From: a virus
Lineage: Duplodnaviria; Caudoviricetes
Length of the DNA: 31,819 bases
Reading direction: 5' to 3' (one strand)
Virus record (IMG/VR): IMGVR_UViG_3300024310_000022
Span: 1-31,819 of that record
Below, piece by piece: positions 1-8,529 of the stretch (position 1 is its first letter; every line of letters begins with the position of its first letter). Under the pieces are notes generated by a model, which searched no databases, was not told where the DNA came from, and saw only the letters and a list, made by a program, of their open reading frames with translations. The position numbers were made by a program, and so were the translations under genes.

Positions 1-3000
1 TACTTCCACCTGCCGTTGGTGTTCCTTGAAAAGTAAAGATCGGAGCCGTGGCGGAAAGCGTCGTCTGCTGGAAGTATTCACCCGCCACCGCCGTGTGTGT
101 GCCGCCGTGGATATTGATTTCGCACACGATGCCAGCGTTGGGGAGCGCGTCCACCAGGGTGTCTGTAACCGTTGGATTCGCGGCCGTCGTCGTCCCCGTG
201 GTGAGTGTCCACGAACACGTTTGTCCGATTCCCGCAACGGCCGTGACGGTTGCCGCGCCCGTCGATTGCCAGCCTGCGCTTAAAGCCAACTCTCCGTTCG
301 TGCAGGCCGTGCCTAGATCGGCGTAGTGACTGCGCGCGCTAGCGATCCCCGTGTTGCCCAAATTGAAAACCTTCGTGACGATGCTGTTGATCGCATACGC
401 GGAAAAATAGTTGCCGGTGTAGCCTGCGGCAGATCCGAGTTCGAACGTGTTGGAGGCGCCAGATCCGCAGGCTTGAGAGATGCCGAGAGGAAAGGAAGCG
501 GGACAATTTTCAACACGCACGAACCAGTTAGAGAATCGATCTGTCTGAGTTGTTTGGCCTGTCGTGGCGGTGACCTTGATTCCGAAAGTTGAGTTTGTAT
601 TGTCGGCCTGAAAAATTCCTTCACCGAATTTTCCGATGCCGGCGATCCTTGTGCCGGCCACGTTTCGTACAGCGAACGTATCCGCGTTAAGTCCAGCACT
701 CTGCTGGATCACAAGTGGAGGATTTGCACTCCCATTAGCACCAACAAACAGTGACCCACTTATGTCCTGCAAAATTACGTTAACGTATTGCCCTATCGGG
801 GTGAGGCCGTTACCTGAACTGGTTGCTGTTCCAGGCTGCAAAAAGGCATTCGCGACTGGGACGCCGCCGATAATCGCATCTGAGCCATTGGAGTTGTAGC
901 CCGTGATTTTCAGGTTGTACGTTCCCTGGCCGCCATTCATGTTGTTGACCATCGGAACGGCACCAGGTACGGCCGTGTCAGCGAGGGAAACGTGGTCAAC
1001 CGTGATATCGACCGTTTTCAGAACGCTCGAATTGATGTTTAAGAAAGGCCTATTCCCGTTCTCCTGCAGGATGTTCATCACGATCATGTCGCCGCCGCAG
1101 TTTACGCACTCGATGCTGGACACCTGCATCTTCCCGTTGGTGCTTCCCATGATCGTGGTGAACCCTCTGTCCGTGTAGATCCCTGGCGCATCGTCTGAGG
1201 ATAAAAACACTCCACCAGTTATGTATGTGCCGAATCCGCCTCCAGACGTTCGGAGTGCGGAACCATAGTTGGCGGATCCACTGGGAGAACCCTGGAAATC
1301 GATTAAGTTGACGTTCGATGGCGCAAGAACGCCAGAACCGTATACATGGACGCAGTCGCCTGCGCTGGTGAGGCAGAGGATGCTCTGGACTACAGCGGGA
1401 TTACCTGATTGCCCAGTGATCTGAATTTGTGGGTTGATGCCCGTATTGTTGATCGCTGCTTCTGGCACCTTTCCAAAAACGGCGTTTCCAGTCCCAACCA
1501 GCCCTACAAATTTGTACGGCCCTTGTCCCGTGTCCCATGCGATAGTTTGAAGCGGAAACAGCTCCCCGCTAAATTGCACGACCATCCACTTAGAAATGTT
1601 CGGTGAGGTGGCAGGAAAAACCAACTGCCCAAAGTTGTAGGAGCCCAGCGGGAGATTGACGATTCCTCCACCGCCAAAAGTCGTCCTGGTGTTACTCGCG
1701 GCTGCGTTCAGTGTGGCGTTGATCGCCGCTGTATCGTCATGCTGCACAGTGTTGCCGGCAACCGTGTTGCCAGCCGCATCCACCAGGACCAGGTTTACTG
1801 TCCCAGCCCCGGACTGAATGGTCGAAACCAAATCTTGCGGTGTAGCTGCCACTGGTGGATTCGTTGAAAGTACGTCCGCTGGAACCGTCGAATTGTGGCC
1901 GAAGTCTCTAAAAGTTGGATTTTGACCAGTAACTGTTTCGACCGGCATACTCCCAACTTTGGTCAGACTGCCTCCAGTCCTGCCCCACACAATGTACTGG
2001 GTGGCATTGGTGCTGGCGCCGGTGCAGGTGACCTGATTATAGTTCTGCACTCTGACGGTGCCACCGCTTAGAGTTACGTCAGGTTCACGGCTTGCACCAA
2101 AGGCTTGCGTGAACGTGATCGTGTTCGCGGTTCCACCTGAAGTGGTAAAACGCCCGTTTGAGCTGAGATCACCTGTGCCGTACACATCGACCGTGGTGCC
2201 GGTTGGGATCGATGGCGATGTCGTTAAAGTGATAGTTACGGCACCAGCAGTGCGGACATAGCCGCTTGCCGCGATCGTGAGAAGTTGCTGACCCAGTGCG
2301 GCGTTTCCGGTGGACGTAGTGATAACAGATGTTGCGGCCGAAAGACCGCCAAGCGAATCGCGGCTGGAAACCTGGTAATTGTACGTGGTGGCACCAGGGA
2401 CACCGATCGGCGTCACGGTGCAACCAGTTGGTGGCAGCATCGCGGACGTTGGCCCGCCACTAAATACGTTAATCCCCTGGCCGTTCTTAAAATCCTTTGC
2501 AGCGGCAAGCGTGAGAAGTTTCGAACCGGAATTGATCGATCCGGTGGTGTTTTGGTTGGACCCGCTAGCGCCAAAGGCTTTGACATCCCAGTACGGATCA
2601 CCGGACGCGGGAGATTGAGCCTGCGTCACGATTCCAGGACAGTTGAAATTTATCGGCCCCACAGTCAGATCGGTGAAAGTCAGACAGTTCGTTGCTCCGA
2701 ACGGTCCGTTATTGTTCACCTGTGTCTGGCCGAAGGTGCCAGCCGCGGTTCCGCTGCTGCTCACATTACTCAACGCTGGACAAGCCGAAAAACTGGAAGA
2801 AATTGATTGCGACGCTCCGGTGATCGTGATCGTGGCGCTGCACACTTGCGGGCCGGTGCCGAGCGGCGGCGGTATACCAGGAGTTTCCGAAACAAAAAAA
2901 GCCCACTGCGTTCCGGCTGGCGTAACCAGGGAATTATCCTGCAGCGTGATTCCACCGCCGGCGATGTTGCCGAAGGGATCCAGCGTGAACGGTCCGGCGT

Positions 3001-3259
3001 TGGGGTTGAATGGGACCTGGCACGGCGCGCTGCCGAAACCGTTTGCTTTGCACTGCGCCAGGTTGCTGATCTGCAGGGTGGGATTGCTCACAGGTGTGCC
3101 GGCAAACACCAGGCCGGCTTTCATGGCTCCGCCAACGTATGGGATTCCGTTCACATCCTTGACCGTGCCGCTGACTGTGGTTAGTTGCGCTGCCGCGGGA
3201 AGGGAAAAAAGACAAAGAGCGGCAAATACCAAAAGATATTTACCGCTCGTCGAGCGCAC
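1..3259 (-). CDS. Large secreted spike/receptor-binding protein with pectate-lyase-like beta-helix (5' part; about 1096 aa in total, continues across the junction to 31657)
   Basis: Hand translation from GTG 3259 (GGAGG upstream): MRSTSGKYLLVFAALCLFSLPAAAQLTTVSG (signal peptide, AxA site), YWDVKAFGASG, HDDTAAINATLNAAAS..GGGGIVNLPLGSYNF. No ORF is reported in this frame, consistent with the frame being open to the window edge; all + strand shadow ORFs here share one frame. Confidence 0.85.
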   Translation of the reverse strand, partial: MRSTSGKYLLVFAALCLFSLPAAAQLTTVSGTVKDVNGIPYVGGAMKAGLVFAGTPVSNPTLQISNLAQCKANGFGSAPCQVPFNPNAGPFTLDPFGNIAGGGITLQDNSLVTPAGTQWAFFVSETPGIPPPLGTGPQVCSATITITGASQSISSSFSACPALSNVSSSGTAAGTFGQTQVNNNGPFGATNCLTFTDLTVGPINFNCPGIVTQAQSPASGDPYWDVKAFGASGSNQNTTGSINSGSKLLTLAAAKDFKNGQGINVFSGGPTSAMLPPTGCTVTPIGVPGATTYNYQVSSRDSLGGLSAATSVITTSTGNAALGQQLLTIAASGYVRTAGAVTITLTTSPSIPTGTTVDVYGTGDLSSNGRFTTSGGTANTITFTQAFGASREPDVTLSGGTVRVQNYNQVTCTGASTNATQYIVWGRTGGSLTKVGSMPVETVTGQNPTFRDFGHNSTVPADVLSTNPPVAATPQDLVSTIQSGAGTVNLVLVDAAGNTVAGNTVQHDDTAAINATLNAAASNTRTTFGGGGIVNLPLGSYNFGQLVFPATSPNISKWMVVQFSGELFPLQTIAWDTGQGPYKFVGLVGTGNAVFGKVPEAAINNTGINPQIQITGQSGNPAVVQSILCLTSAGDCVHVYGSGVLAPSNVNLIDFQGSPSGSANYGSALRTSGGGFGTYITGGVFLSSDDAPGIYTDRGFTTIMGSTNGKMQVSSIECVNCGGDMIVMNILQENGNRPFLNINSSVLKTVDITVDHVSLADTAVPGAVPMVNNMNGGQGTYNLKITGYNSNGSDAIIGGVPVANAFLQPGTATSSGNGLTPIGQYVNVILQDISGSLFVGANGSANPPLVIQQSAGLNADTFAVRNVAGTRIAGIGKFGEGIFQADNTNSTFGIKVTATTGQTTQTDRFSNWFVRVENCPASFPLGISQACGSGASNTFELGSAAGYTGNYFSAYAINSIVTKVFNLGNTGIASARSHYADLGTACTNGELALSAGWQSTGAATVTAVAGIGQTCSWTLTTGTTTAANPTVTDTLVDALPNAGIVCEINIHGGTHTAVAGEYFQQTTLSATAPIFTFQGTPTAGGS
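6..131. repeat. 126-bp terminal direct repeat, copy 1 (circular-genome overlap)
   Basis: ccacctgccgttggtg...cgcacacgatg is identical to 31694-31819. Bases 1-5 (tactt) differ from 31689-31693 (tggtg). Confidence 0.95.
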
Positions 3260-3272
3260 GGTGGCCCCTCCG

Positions 3273-4433
3273 CTACTGTTGGACATAATCGAGCACGCCC
3301 TGCACGTTGATCCCGGTGCCGGCGGTCAGCGCGCAGAGCGCGGTGCCCGGAGCCGTGTTGAACACCGTGCCCTGATAACCGGGCGACGGCGTGATTGTCG
3401 GTGGATCCGCCGAAAAGAAACCACCGGTGAGCGCGGTGGTGCCGACCGCGCAAGCCGCGCCGGTTCCAAATTCAAAAGTGACGCTGGGCACGGCGGTGCC
3501 GCCCGTGGATCGCGCGCCGAAAACGAAGCTGCACACGTAAATGGACGACGTGCCGCTGAGGGGCACCAACTGCGTGGTGGTTGCCGTGCTGATGTTCAGG
3601 AGTACGCTGGATTTTTTCGTGGTGGAGGCGCACGGATCGGAATTGCCGGCGGTGCCCTGTGCGGAGAAAATATATTCCAGTGTGTACGTAACGGCGCTGG
3701 CCCCTCCGCTGGTATAGGTGAGCGTCACGAAGGGACACGTTGACCCGGGGACGTTGAAAAACTGTGGCGCGGCCGTCGTGCCCAGGGCGTAGTTGAACGA
3801 ACTCAGATTTTGTCCGGAATTTGTGATGCACTGCGCGGTGATCGTGGATCCCGCCGGACCGATGCCGCTGTAGTCATGAATGATGGTACCGGCGGAGTTT
3901 CCGTTTGGCGTCTGGAACGTGATGCTGGCCGTAGCGTTAGCCGGCGCCGTCTGAAAGGGCAGCTTGTCAACGGAGGCCAGCAGCGTGCCGGCAATGTTCG
4001 GCGGTTGCGGAGAAAAACTTCCGGTGTAGGCCGCCGAAAAAGTTGCGGCGGCGGTGCACGTCACGCTGACCTGGATGTTGGTCATGTACCCCGAGGCGGT
4101 GACGACCAGCCCACCCTTCGCGCTGGTCGGGATGCCCACCTGCAAGTCGGAAAGCCGGTAGACGTTGCCCAGGTTATCGATCCCGTCGATCTCCATCTGA
4201 AACGTGGCGGCGTTCGACGTGGCGGTGGCCAGGTGGCTGGTCTGCCCGACATTTTTGAAAGTGCCCGCGGGAATGCCGGCGTTACCGGACGTGGTGAAGT
4301 TTTGCGCCGCGCCGGTGCACGTGGCTCCGTTGGCCAGCGTTGCGGATATAGTGCGCAACGCCACGTTGCCGAGATCCTGCGCGCCGCACGCCGTGGCGAC
4401 AGATAGTAAGAAAAATAACGCGATACTGCGCAT
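3273..4433 (-). CDS. Secreted beta-rich virion surface protein, 386 aa (probably several jelly-roll/Ig-like domains)
   Basis: N-terminal signal peptide MRSIALFFLLSVATACGAQ; Thr/Gly/Ala-rich beta pattern; multiple Cys; RBS AGGGAG. Confidence 0.8.
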   Translation of the reverse strand: MRSIALFFLLSVATACGAQDLGNVALRTISATLANGATCTGAAQNFTTSGNAGIPAGTFKNVGQTSHLATATSNAATFQMEIDGIDNLGNVYRLSDLQVGIPTSAKGGLVVTASGYMTNIQVSVTCTAAATFSAAYTGSFSPQPPNIAGTLLASVDKLPFQTAPANATASITFQTPNGNSAGTIIHDYSGIGPAGSTITAQCITNSGQNLSSFNYALGTTAAPQFFNVPGSTCPFVTLTYTSGGASAVTYTLEYIFSAQGTAGNSDPCASTTKKSSVLLNISTATTTQLVPLSGTSSIYVCSFVFGARSTGGTAVPSVTFEFGTGAACAVGTTALTGGFFSADPPTITPSPGYQGTVFNTAPGTALCALTAGTGINVQGVLDYVQQ

Positions 4434-4442
4434 CGTAGCTCC

Positions 4443-4646
4443 CTACCTGCTTTCAATCACGCTGACCGGCACGTGCAGAAATTTGACCCCACCGTGATGT
4501 GCTTTTTCGAATTCGACGACGGCCCAGTCCGGTTGTCCGTGGAGATAATCCACAAACTTTGCTTCCACCGGTGCGCTCTCGCCCTCGATGGACAACTTTT
4601 TATCGAGGAGAACGCGAACAAGCTGACCTTTTGAGAATTGAAGCAT
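4443..4646 (-). CDS. Small hypothetical protein, 67 aa (SH3/KOW-like beta barrel?)
   Basis: ATG 4646 with AGGGAG RBS; MLQFSKGQLVRVLLD...WAVVEFE..FLHVPVSVIE. Confidence 0.7.
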   Translation of the reverse strand: MLQFSKGQLVRVLLDKKLSIEGESAPVEAKFVDYLHGQPDWAVVEFEKAHHGGVKFLHVPVSVIESR

Positions 4647-4656
4647 TTGGTGCTCC

Positions 4657-5160
4657 CTAAAACGCGATGTTCGCGGGCTCTTCACGGATAGAATGGAAGG
4701 ATCCGCCAAGGCGGCCGCCAACCAGTTGCCCGGCGACCGCGATGGAAATGTTTTTCACCACCAGCGCCACGGTGGCCAGTTCCATGATGTGAATGCCGTC
4801 CACTTGCGAGGGATTCGAAACCGATCCCATCGACGCGATGATGTTGTCGAAATTCGGCGCGACGGTGCCTTTGGGCAGATCGAGAAAAATCTGCCAGATG
4901 ATCGCGCTGGAAAAATCGGTGAAGCCGCCGCCAACGAACACGTTGGCGATGCGGCGAATGAAGCCGTTGTTTCCGCGCGGCACCTGGAAGGAAAACACGG
5001 TGGCTTGCGCGCCGATCGCCGGCAGCGGGACGCCGCCGTGGAATTCGAACGGCTTGCCGCTGGGCGCCATGAAATTCTGCACGGGGAGCTGCGGCACTAC
5101 CACCGCGCACGATGGCTCGTAGATCGACTTGCCCTGTTTTCTTGTGAACGCGGTATTCAC
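4657..5160 (-). CDS. Putative minor capsid / beta-sandwich virion protein, 167 aa
   Basis: Beta-rich (VFSFQVPRGNNGFIRRIAN), same size as the two upstream paralog-like genes, GTGA coupling. Confidence 0.7.
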   Translation of the reverse strand: MNTAFTRKQGKSIYEPSCAVVVPQLPVQNFMAPSGKPFEFHGGVPLPAIGAQATVFSFQVPRGNNGFIRRIANVFVGGGFTDFSSAIIWQIFLDLPKGTVAPNFDNIIASMGSVSNPSQVDGIHIMELATVALVVKNISIAVAGQLVGGRLGGSFHSIREEPANIAF

Positions 5161-5654
5161 GTGATTTTTTTCCTCGTGTCTGGCCGCAGCCCCAGGCCCA
5201 CAAGCTGAATCGCGTTGCCGGCCGTGGCCAGGTTGATGATCCGGGATTCCAGTTGGTCGCCGACGTGGATGTGCTGCGGCGTCAGCAGATAAAACGGCCG
5301 CTGGCCGGTGCCCAGCATGTCTTGGTTGGGAACGTCGTCATCCTGGAAGTTGGTTTCTTCACCCGGCAGGAATATCTGCGCGGCGAAGCCGGCCGCTTGC
5401 TGGGAGCTGGCCATTAGCGCGATCAGCCAGGTGTCTTCCTGGACGGTGATCTGGCCGCGGTCGGTTTGCTGCGCGCCGATCACGCCGTCGTAAATCAGAA
5501 ACCAGAATGGCCGCGTGGCGAGCACGCGGCCCAGGGCGTCGTCGCGTTCGAGGCGCCAGTCGTTCGGCCAATCCGGCGTTGCGTCCCATTCGTCTTCGTA
5601 AAGACCCGGCGGGATGGGATTCACCGGCACTCCAAATACTTGGAGCATGCCCAT
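5157..5654 (-). CDS. Putative minor capsid protein (paralog of 5672-6160), 165 aa
   Basis: PFWFLI..GTGQRPFYLLTP..NAIQLVGLG aligns with LFWYLI..GTAQLPFRMPKP..NTIQLCLAG. Confidence 0.75.
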   Translation of the reverse strand: MGMLQVFGVPVNPIPPGLYEDEWDATPDWPNDWRLERDDALGRVLATRPFWFLIYDGVIGAQQTDRGQITVQEDTWLIALMASSQQAAGFAAQIFLPGEETNFQDDDVPNQDMLGTGQRPFYLLTPQHIHVGDQLESRIINLATAGNAIQLVGLGLRPDTRKKIT

Positions 5655-5671
5655 GTGGTTTTCCTTCCCCC

Positions 5672-6160
5672 TTAGCTCGTCGGCGCCTTCGGCAGTTTGT
5701 CGATCTTGTAGCCCGCCAGGCAGAGCTGGATGGTGTTCGGCGCGGCGCTGCGATCGTTGAACTTCGCCTTGATCGTCGACGTCCGGTAGATCGGGTACGG
5801 CTTGGGCATCCGGAATGGCAACTGCGCGGTGCCGGCAAAGTTTTCACCGTTGATCGGCCCAGTCATCAGCGGAGAGTTACCGGCGAAGCTGTCGAACAGC
5901 TCCACGCTGTAAAGCCCCGTCTGGCTGGAAATGATCCAGCGCCACTGGAAGTCCGCGTCGTTATCCGTGGTGACGCTGGCCAGCACGCCTTGCTGGTTCG
6001 CCGTCAACTGCGCGGGCGAAATCAGGTACCAGAAAAGCTGGTCCGTGAGATCTAGCGAAACCTGCGTCGTCCCCAGGCACAGCGGACATTTTTGCGGCGA
6101 TCCTGTTTGCGCGTTCGCCACCGCTCCGCGGCCCTGGCAAGCTGGACAAGTTGAATTCAT
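5672..6160 (-). CDS. Putative minor capsid protein with N-terminal CxxCxGxG zinc finger, 162 aa
   Basis: CPACQGRG...CPLCLGT followed by a beta-rich domain; AGGAAAGGAAG RBS. Confidence 0.75.
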   Translation of the reverse strand: MNSTCPACQGRGAVANAQTGSPQKCPLCLGTTQVSLDLTDQLFWYLISPAQLTANQQGVLASVTTDNDADFQWRWIISSQTGLYSVELFDSFAGNSPLMTGPINGENFAGTAQLPFRMPKPYPIYRTSTIKAKFNDRSAAPNTIQLCLAGYKIDKLPKAPTS

Positions 6161-6205
6161 GGTGTGCTTCCTTTCCTGCAGCGCCGGCGGCGCGAAATTT
6201 TCTAG

Positions 6206-6595
6206 CTAGTTCAACTCTGCTGCCACGTATCCGAAATGCTGCACCTGCTCGCGCAGCGTCTTGATTTTTTCGGAGTCGCGTTCCGTCTTCAGCGCTTCCC
6301 GCGCGGCCGCCTGCAGCTTTTCGGCGATCTCGGCGGTGACGATCTTTTCGGCCTTCACGAATTTTTGCTGGTTGTGGGAAGCGTTGCCGGGATGATCCAC
6401 CAGCACCATCGCGCCGGCCGCGTTCAGCGTCAGCACGTGCGCGTAGAGATAGTGATCGAGCGGATGCCCCGGACTGTCGTAAACCATTACGCGATCGCCT
6501 TCCTGCATGGCTTTGGTTGGAAGTGAAGCGGTTTCACTTCCAGAATTGATTTTCGCTTCCGCCGGCTTCCCGTTGATCGTCGTGAAGGCGTTCAT
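6206..6595 (-). CDS. Hypothetical protein, 129 aa (small beta-barrel plus helical C-terminus)
   Basis: In-operon ORF with GC3-biased codons; begins MNAFTTINGKP. Confidence 0.75.
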   Translation of the reverse strand: MNAFTTINGKPAEAKINSGSETASLPTKAMQEGDRVMVYDSPGHPLDHYLYAHVLTLNAAGAMVLVDHPGNASHNQQKFVKAEKIVTAEIAEKLQAAAREALKTERDSEKIKTLREQVQHFGYVAAELN

Positions 6596-6626
6596 TTTTC
6601 TCTCTCACTTTCGGTTTTGGAATTTT

Positions 6627-6675
6627 CTGCAAGCCCGGCCGCCAGTGCTTTACCTCTGGCAGCCAGGCCCGCAGC
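6627..6675 (-). other. Strong RNA stem-loop downstream of the candidate major capsid gene
   Basis: Minus strand CTGCGGGCCTGGCTGCCAG-loop-CTGGCGGCCGGGCTTGCAG; no U-tract, so a stabiliser/processing element rather than a classical terminator. Confidence 0.55.
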
Positions 6676-6704
6676 TCCTCTCCAAGGAGTGGTTTGCTCT
6701 GGTC

Positions 6705-7475
6705 CTACTGAGCAACTCGGATCAACTGGCCGTCCTGGCGGAACCATGCGCACAGGCCAGCCGCCACGACACCGGCAGGGAAGCCCGCCGCGGCCAACGC
6801 GGTGGGGGATCCGTTGCCGCCGCCCACGAGGGCGTTGCCGCTGGGGTCCACGATGCAGTCGAACGTTTCCTGCGGGTTGATGTACTGCCCGCCGGGAAGC
6901 GCGTAGACGTTATCGGTTTCCGCCCAGCCGTTGGTGTTGGTGACGCTGGAGACGGGCGCCGTCAGCGTGCCGAAGCCGCTGGTGAACTGGCCGCCGCCGC
7001 CGGGGAGCCACGCGGGGATGCCGATGAAGTATTCCTTTTTGTTGATGCGGAATTTCACCAGCGAGCCCAGCAGGTTTTCCATGTCTTCACGATGCACGCC
7101 GGGGTGCGCCGTGCCCTGCTGGCCCTGCACGTAGATCGAAAGCGCGCGCACGATGAACGTGTACGAGGATTCGAGCTGGCCTGGCTGCACCAGCGAGCAG
7201 TGCTGTTCGCCCTTGGCAAACGCGGTGACGCCGTTAAATGCGTAGTTCGCGCCCTGCTGGAGCGTGTAGAGAGCCAGTTTGTTGAACGTGCCGCCGGCGG
7301 CGACAGCGTAGATGTCAAACAGGCTCCACACCACGAATTCCGGGATGCCGGTATTCGGGTTCTTCATCCGCGGCGCGCGGGGTTTCCCCAGCTCATACGC
7401 GGTGATTTTTTCCATGCGCCGCACGTGACGGTGGCTTTTGCCAGCGCGTCCGGCGGTTTCGATATTTCGTGACAT
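6705..7475 (-). CDS. Candidate major capsid protein (single jelly-roll-like), 256 aa
   Basis: Basic N-terminal arm ending in MKNP, then a beta-rich domain (WSLFDIY...K..HCSLVQPGQLESSYTFIVRALSIY); strong RBS AAGGGAG; flanked by stem-loops; central position in the structural operon. The fold is inferred, not demonstrated. Confidence 0.6.
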   Translation of the reverse strand: MSRNIETAGRAGKSHRHVRRMEKITAYELGKPRAPRMKNPNTGIPEFVVWSLFDIYAVAAGGTFNKLALYTLQQGANYAFNGVTAFAKGEQHCSLVQPGQLESSYTFIVRALSIYVQGQQGTAHPGVHREDMENLLGSLVKFRINKKEYFIGIPAWLPGGGGQFTSGFGTLTAPVSSVTNTNGWAETDNVYALPGGQYINPQETFDCIVDPSGNALVGGGNGSPTALAAAGFPAGVVAAGLCAWFRQDGQLIRVAQ

Positions 7476-7548
7476 TCGGGATTCTCCCTTCGGAATTTTC
7501 TTACTGCAGCCGGAACGCGGTCAGCAGCCGCCTGCGAAAGCGAAATCA

Positions 7549-7594
7549 GAAAAACTGTCTCCTGCCCCGCCGCCATTCCACGGCAGGGCAAGAG
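7549..7594 (-). terminator. Intrinsic-terminator-like hairpin between the core-protein and candidate MCP genes
   Basis: Minus strand TCTTGCCCTGCCG-loop-CGGCGGGGCAGGA followed by GACAGTTTTTCT. Confidence 0.5.
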
Positions 7595-7605
7595 AGAAAG
7601 GGGAA

Positions 7606-8463
7606 CTAAGCCCAGCGGCTGGCGTCGCCGGCGCTGTTGACGCCCCAGCGGCCCGTGCCGATGCCGTGCATGGCCGGCGCGGGAAGCGCCGCAGCCGCGG
7701 CCGCCGCACCTGCCCGCACCGCCGCGGCCGAAGTGGCCGGGAAGGGCGGGTTGGAAAGCGACGGATTGCCGGGGAACATGCCATACGGTCCGCCAGCGCC
7801 TTGCGGGTACGGGAAGCGATCGTCGACGTAGTACGCGAGATCGCCGCTCATTGCCGCGGACGTGGTGGAGCCGGTGGTGGCCGCGTGGTCCTTCACGATG
7901 CGCAGCAACAGGGAGAGCCCCGTGCCGATCAACGCGCCGGTGCCCCAGCCGCGTCCCAGGAAGCGTTTCAGCCCCCAGGACAGCGCCAGCCCTGCACCGG
8001 CCTGAATTGCATAGCCGGTGATGCCGGTGTTATACGCTGCGAGCTGCGGGATCAACGACGGCAGCGCGTTGCTGCCGAAGAATCCGATCGCCGCGCCGCC
8101 CACCGTCTGCAGCATGCCGCCGCTGGTGAACGTGCTGAGCCCCGGATTGCTGCTGCGCCGGCGATGATGCCGCCTGCGTCCGCTGCTGCGTCTCCGACCC
8201 TTGCGCCGAGGCGCGGCCAGAAACAGCGTGCGTGGATTCGAACTGCGGTGAATAACACGCCGGCGGCGCGAAGCTCGACGCTTCGCACTACGGCGTTTTC
8301 TGCTCTTCGCCATGTGTCCTCCGCCTGCGTTTTTTTGCGCAAGCGCGCGACGCATCTTTGCCCAGTAGCGTTTCAGCCCGCTGGGCATTTTGCGTTTGCG
8401 CGCGTTGCGGCGTGAAGGCCGGCGCTTCGCGCGGGATGAATTCACAAGCCGTACGGTTGGCAT
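7606..8463 (-). CDS. Arg-rich protamine-like DNA-condensing core protein with C-terminal membrane segments, about 285 aa
   Basis: ATG 8463 with AAAGGGGAAAGGA RBS; about 110 aa of R/K/S-rich sequence (RRRRSSGRRRHHRRRSSNP) followed by three Gly/Ala-rich hydrophobic helices. Confidence 0.8.
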   Translation of the reverse strand: MPTVRLVNSSRAKRRPSRRNARKRKMPSGLKRYWAKMRRALAQKNAGGGHMAKSRKRRSAKRRASRRRRVIHRSSNPRTLFLAAPRRKGRRRSSGRRRHHRRRSSNPGLSTFTSGGMLQTVGGAAIGFFGSNALPSLIPQLAAYNTGITGYAIQAGAGLALSWGLKRFLGRGWGTGALIGTGLSLLLRIVKDHAATTGSTTSAAMSGDLAYYVDDRFPYPQGAGGPYGMFPGNPSLSNPPFPATSAAAVRAGAAAAAAALPAPAMHGIGTGRWGVNSAGDASRWA

Positions 8464-8529
8464 TGTTCCTTTCCCCTTTTTCTCACCAGAGGACACGCGG
8501 CGAAGCGTCACCGCCCGTCTGATGGATCT

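Noticed and set aside
6-131. Terminal repeat as a DGR template/variable repeat pair in the spike tip
   Set aside because: Copies are identical over 126 bp, the flanking differences are not adenine-specific, and no reverse transcriptase is present.
1-3259. Non-coding region, pseudogene or recoded stop codons (no long ORF in the track)
   Set aside because: One minus frame appears open throughout and only lacks a stop inside the window; it ends at 31657 after circularisation under the standard code.
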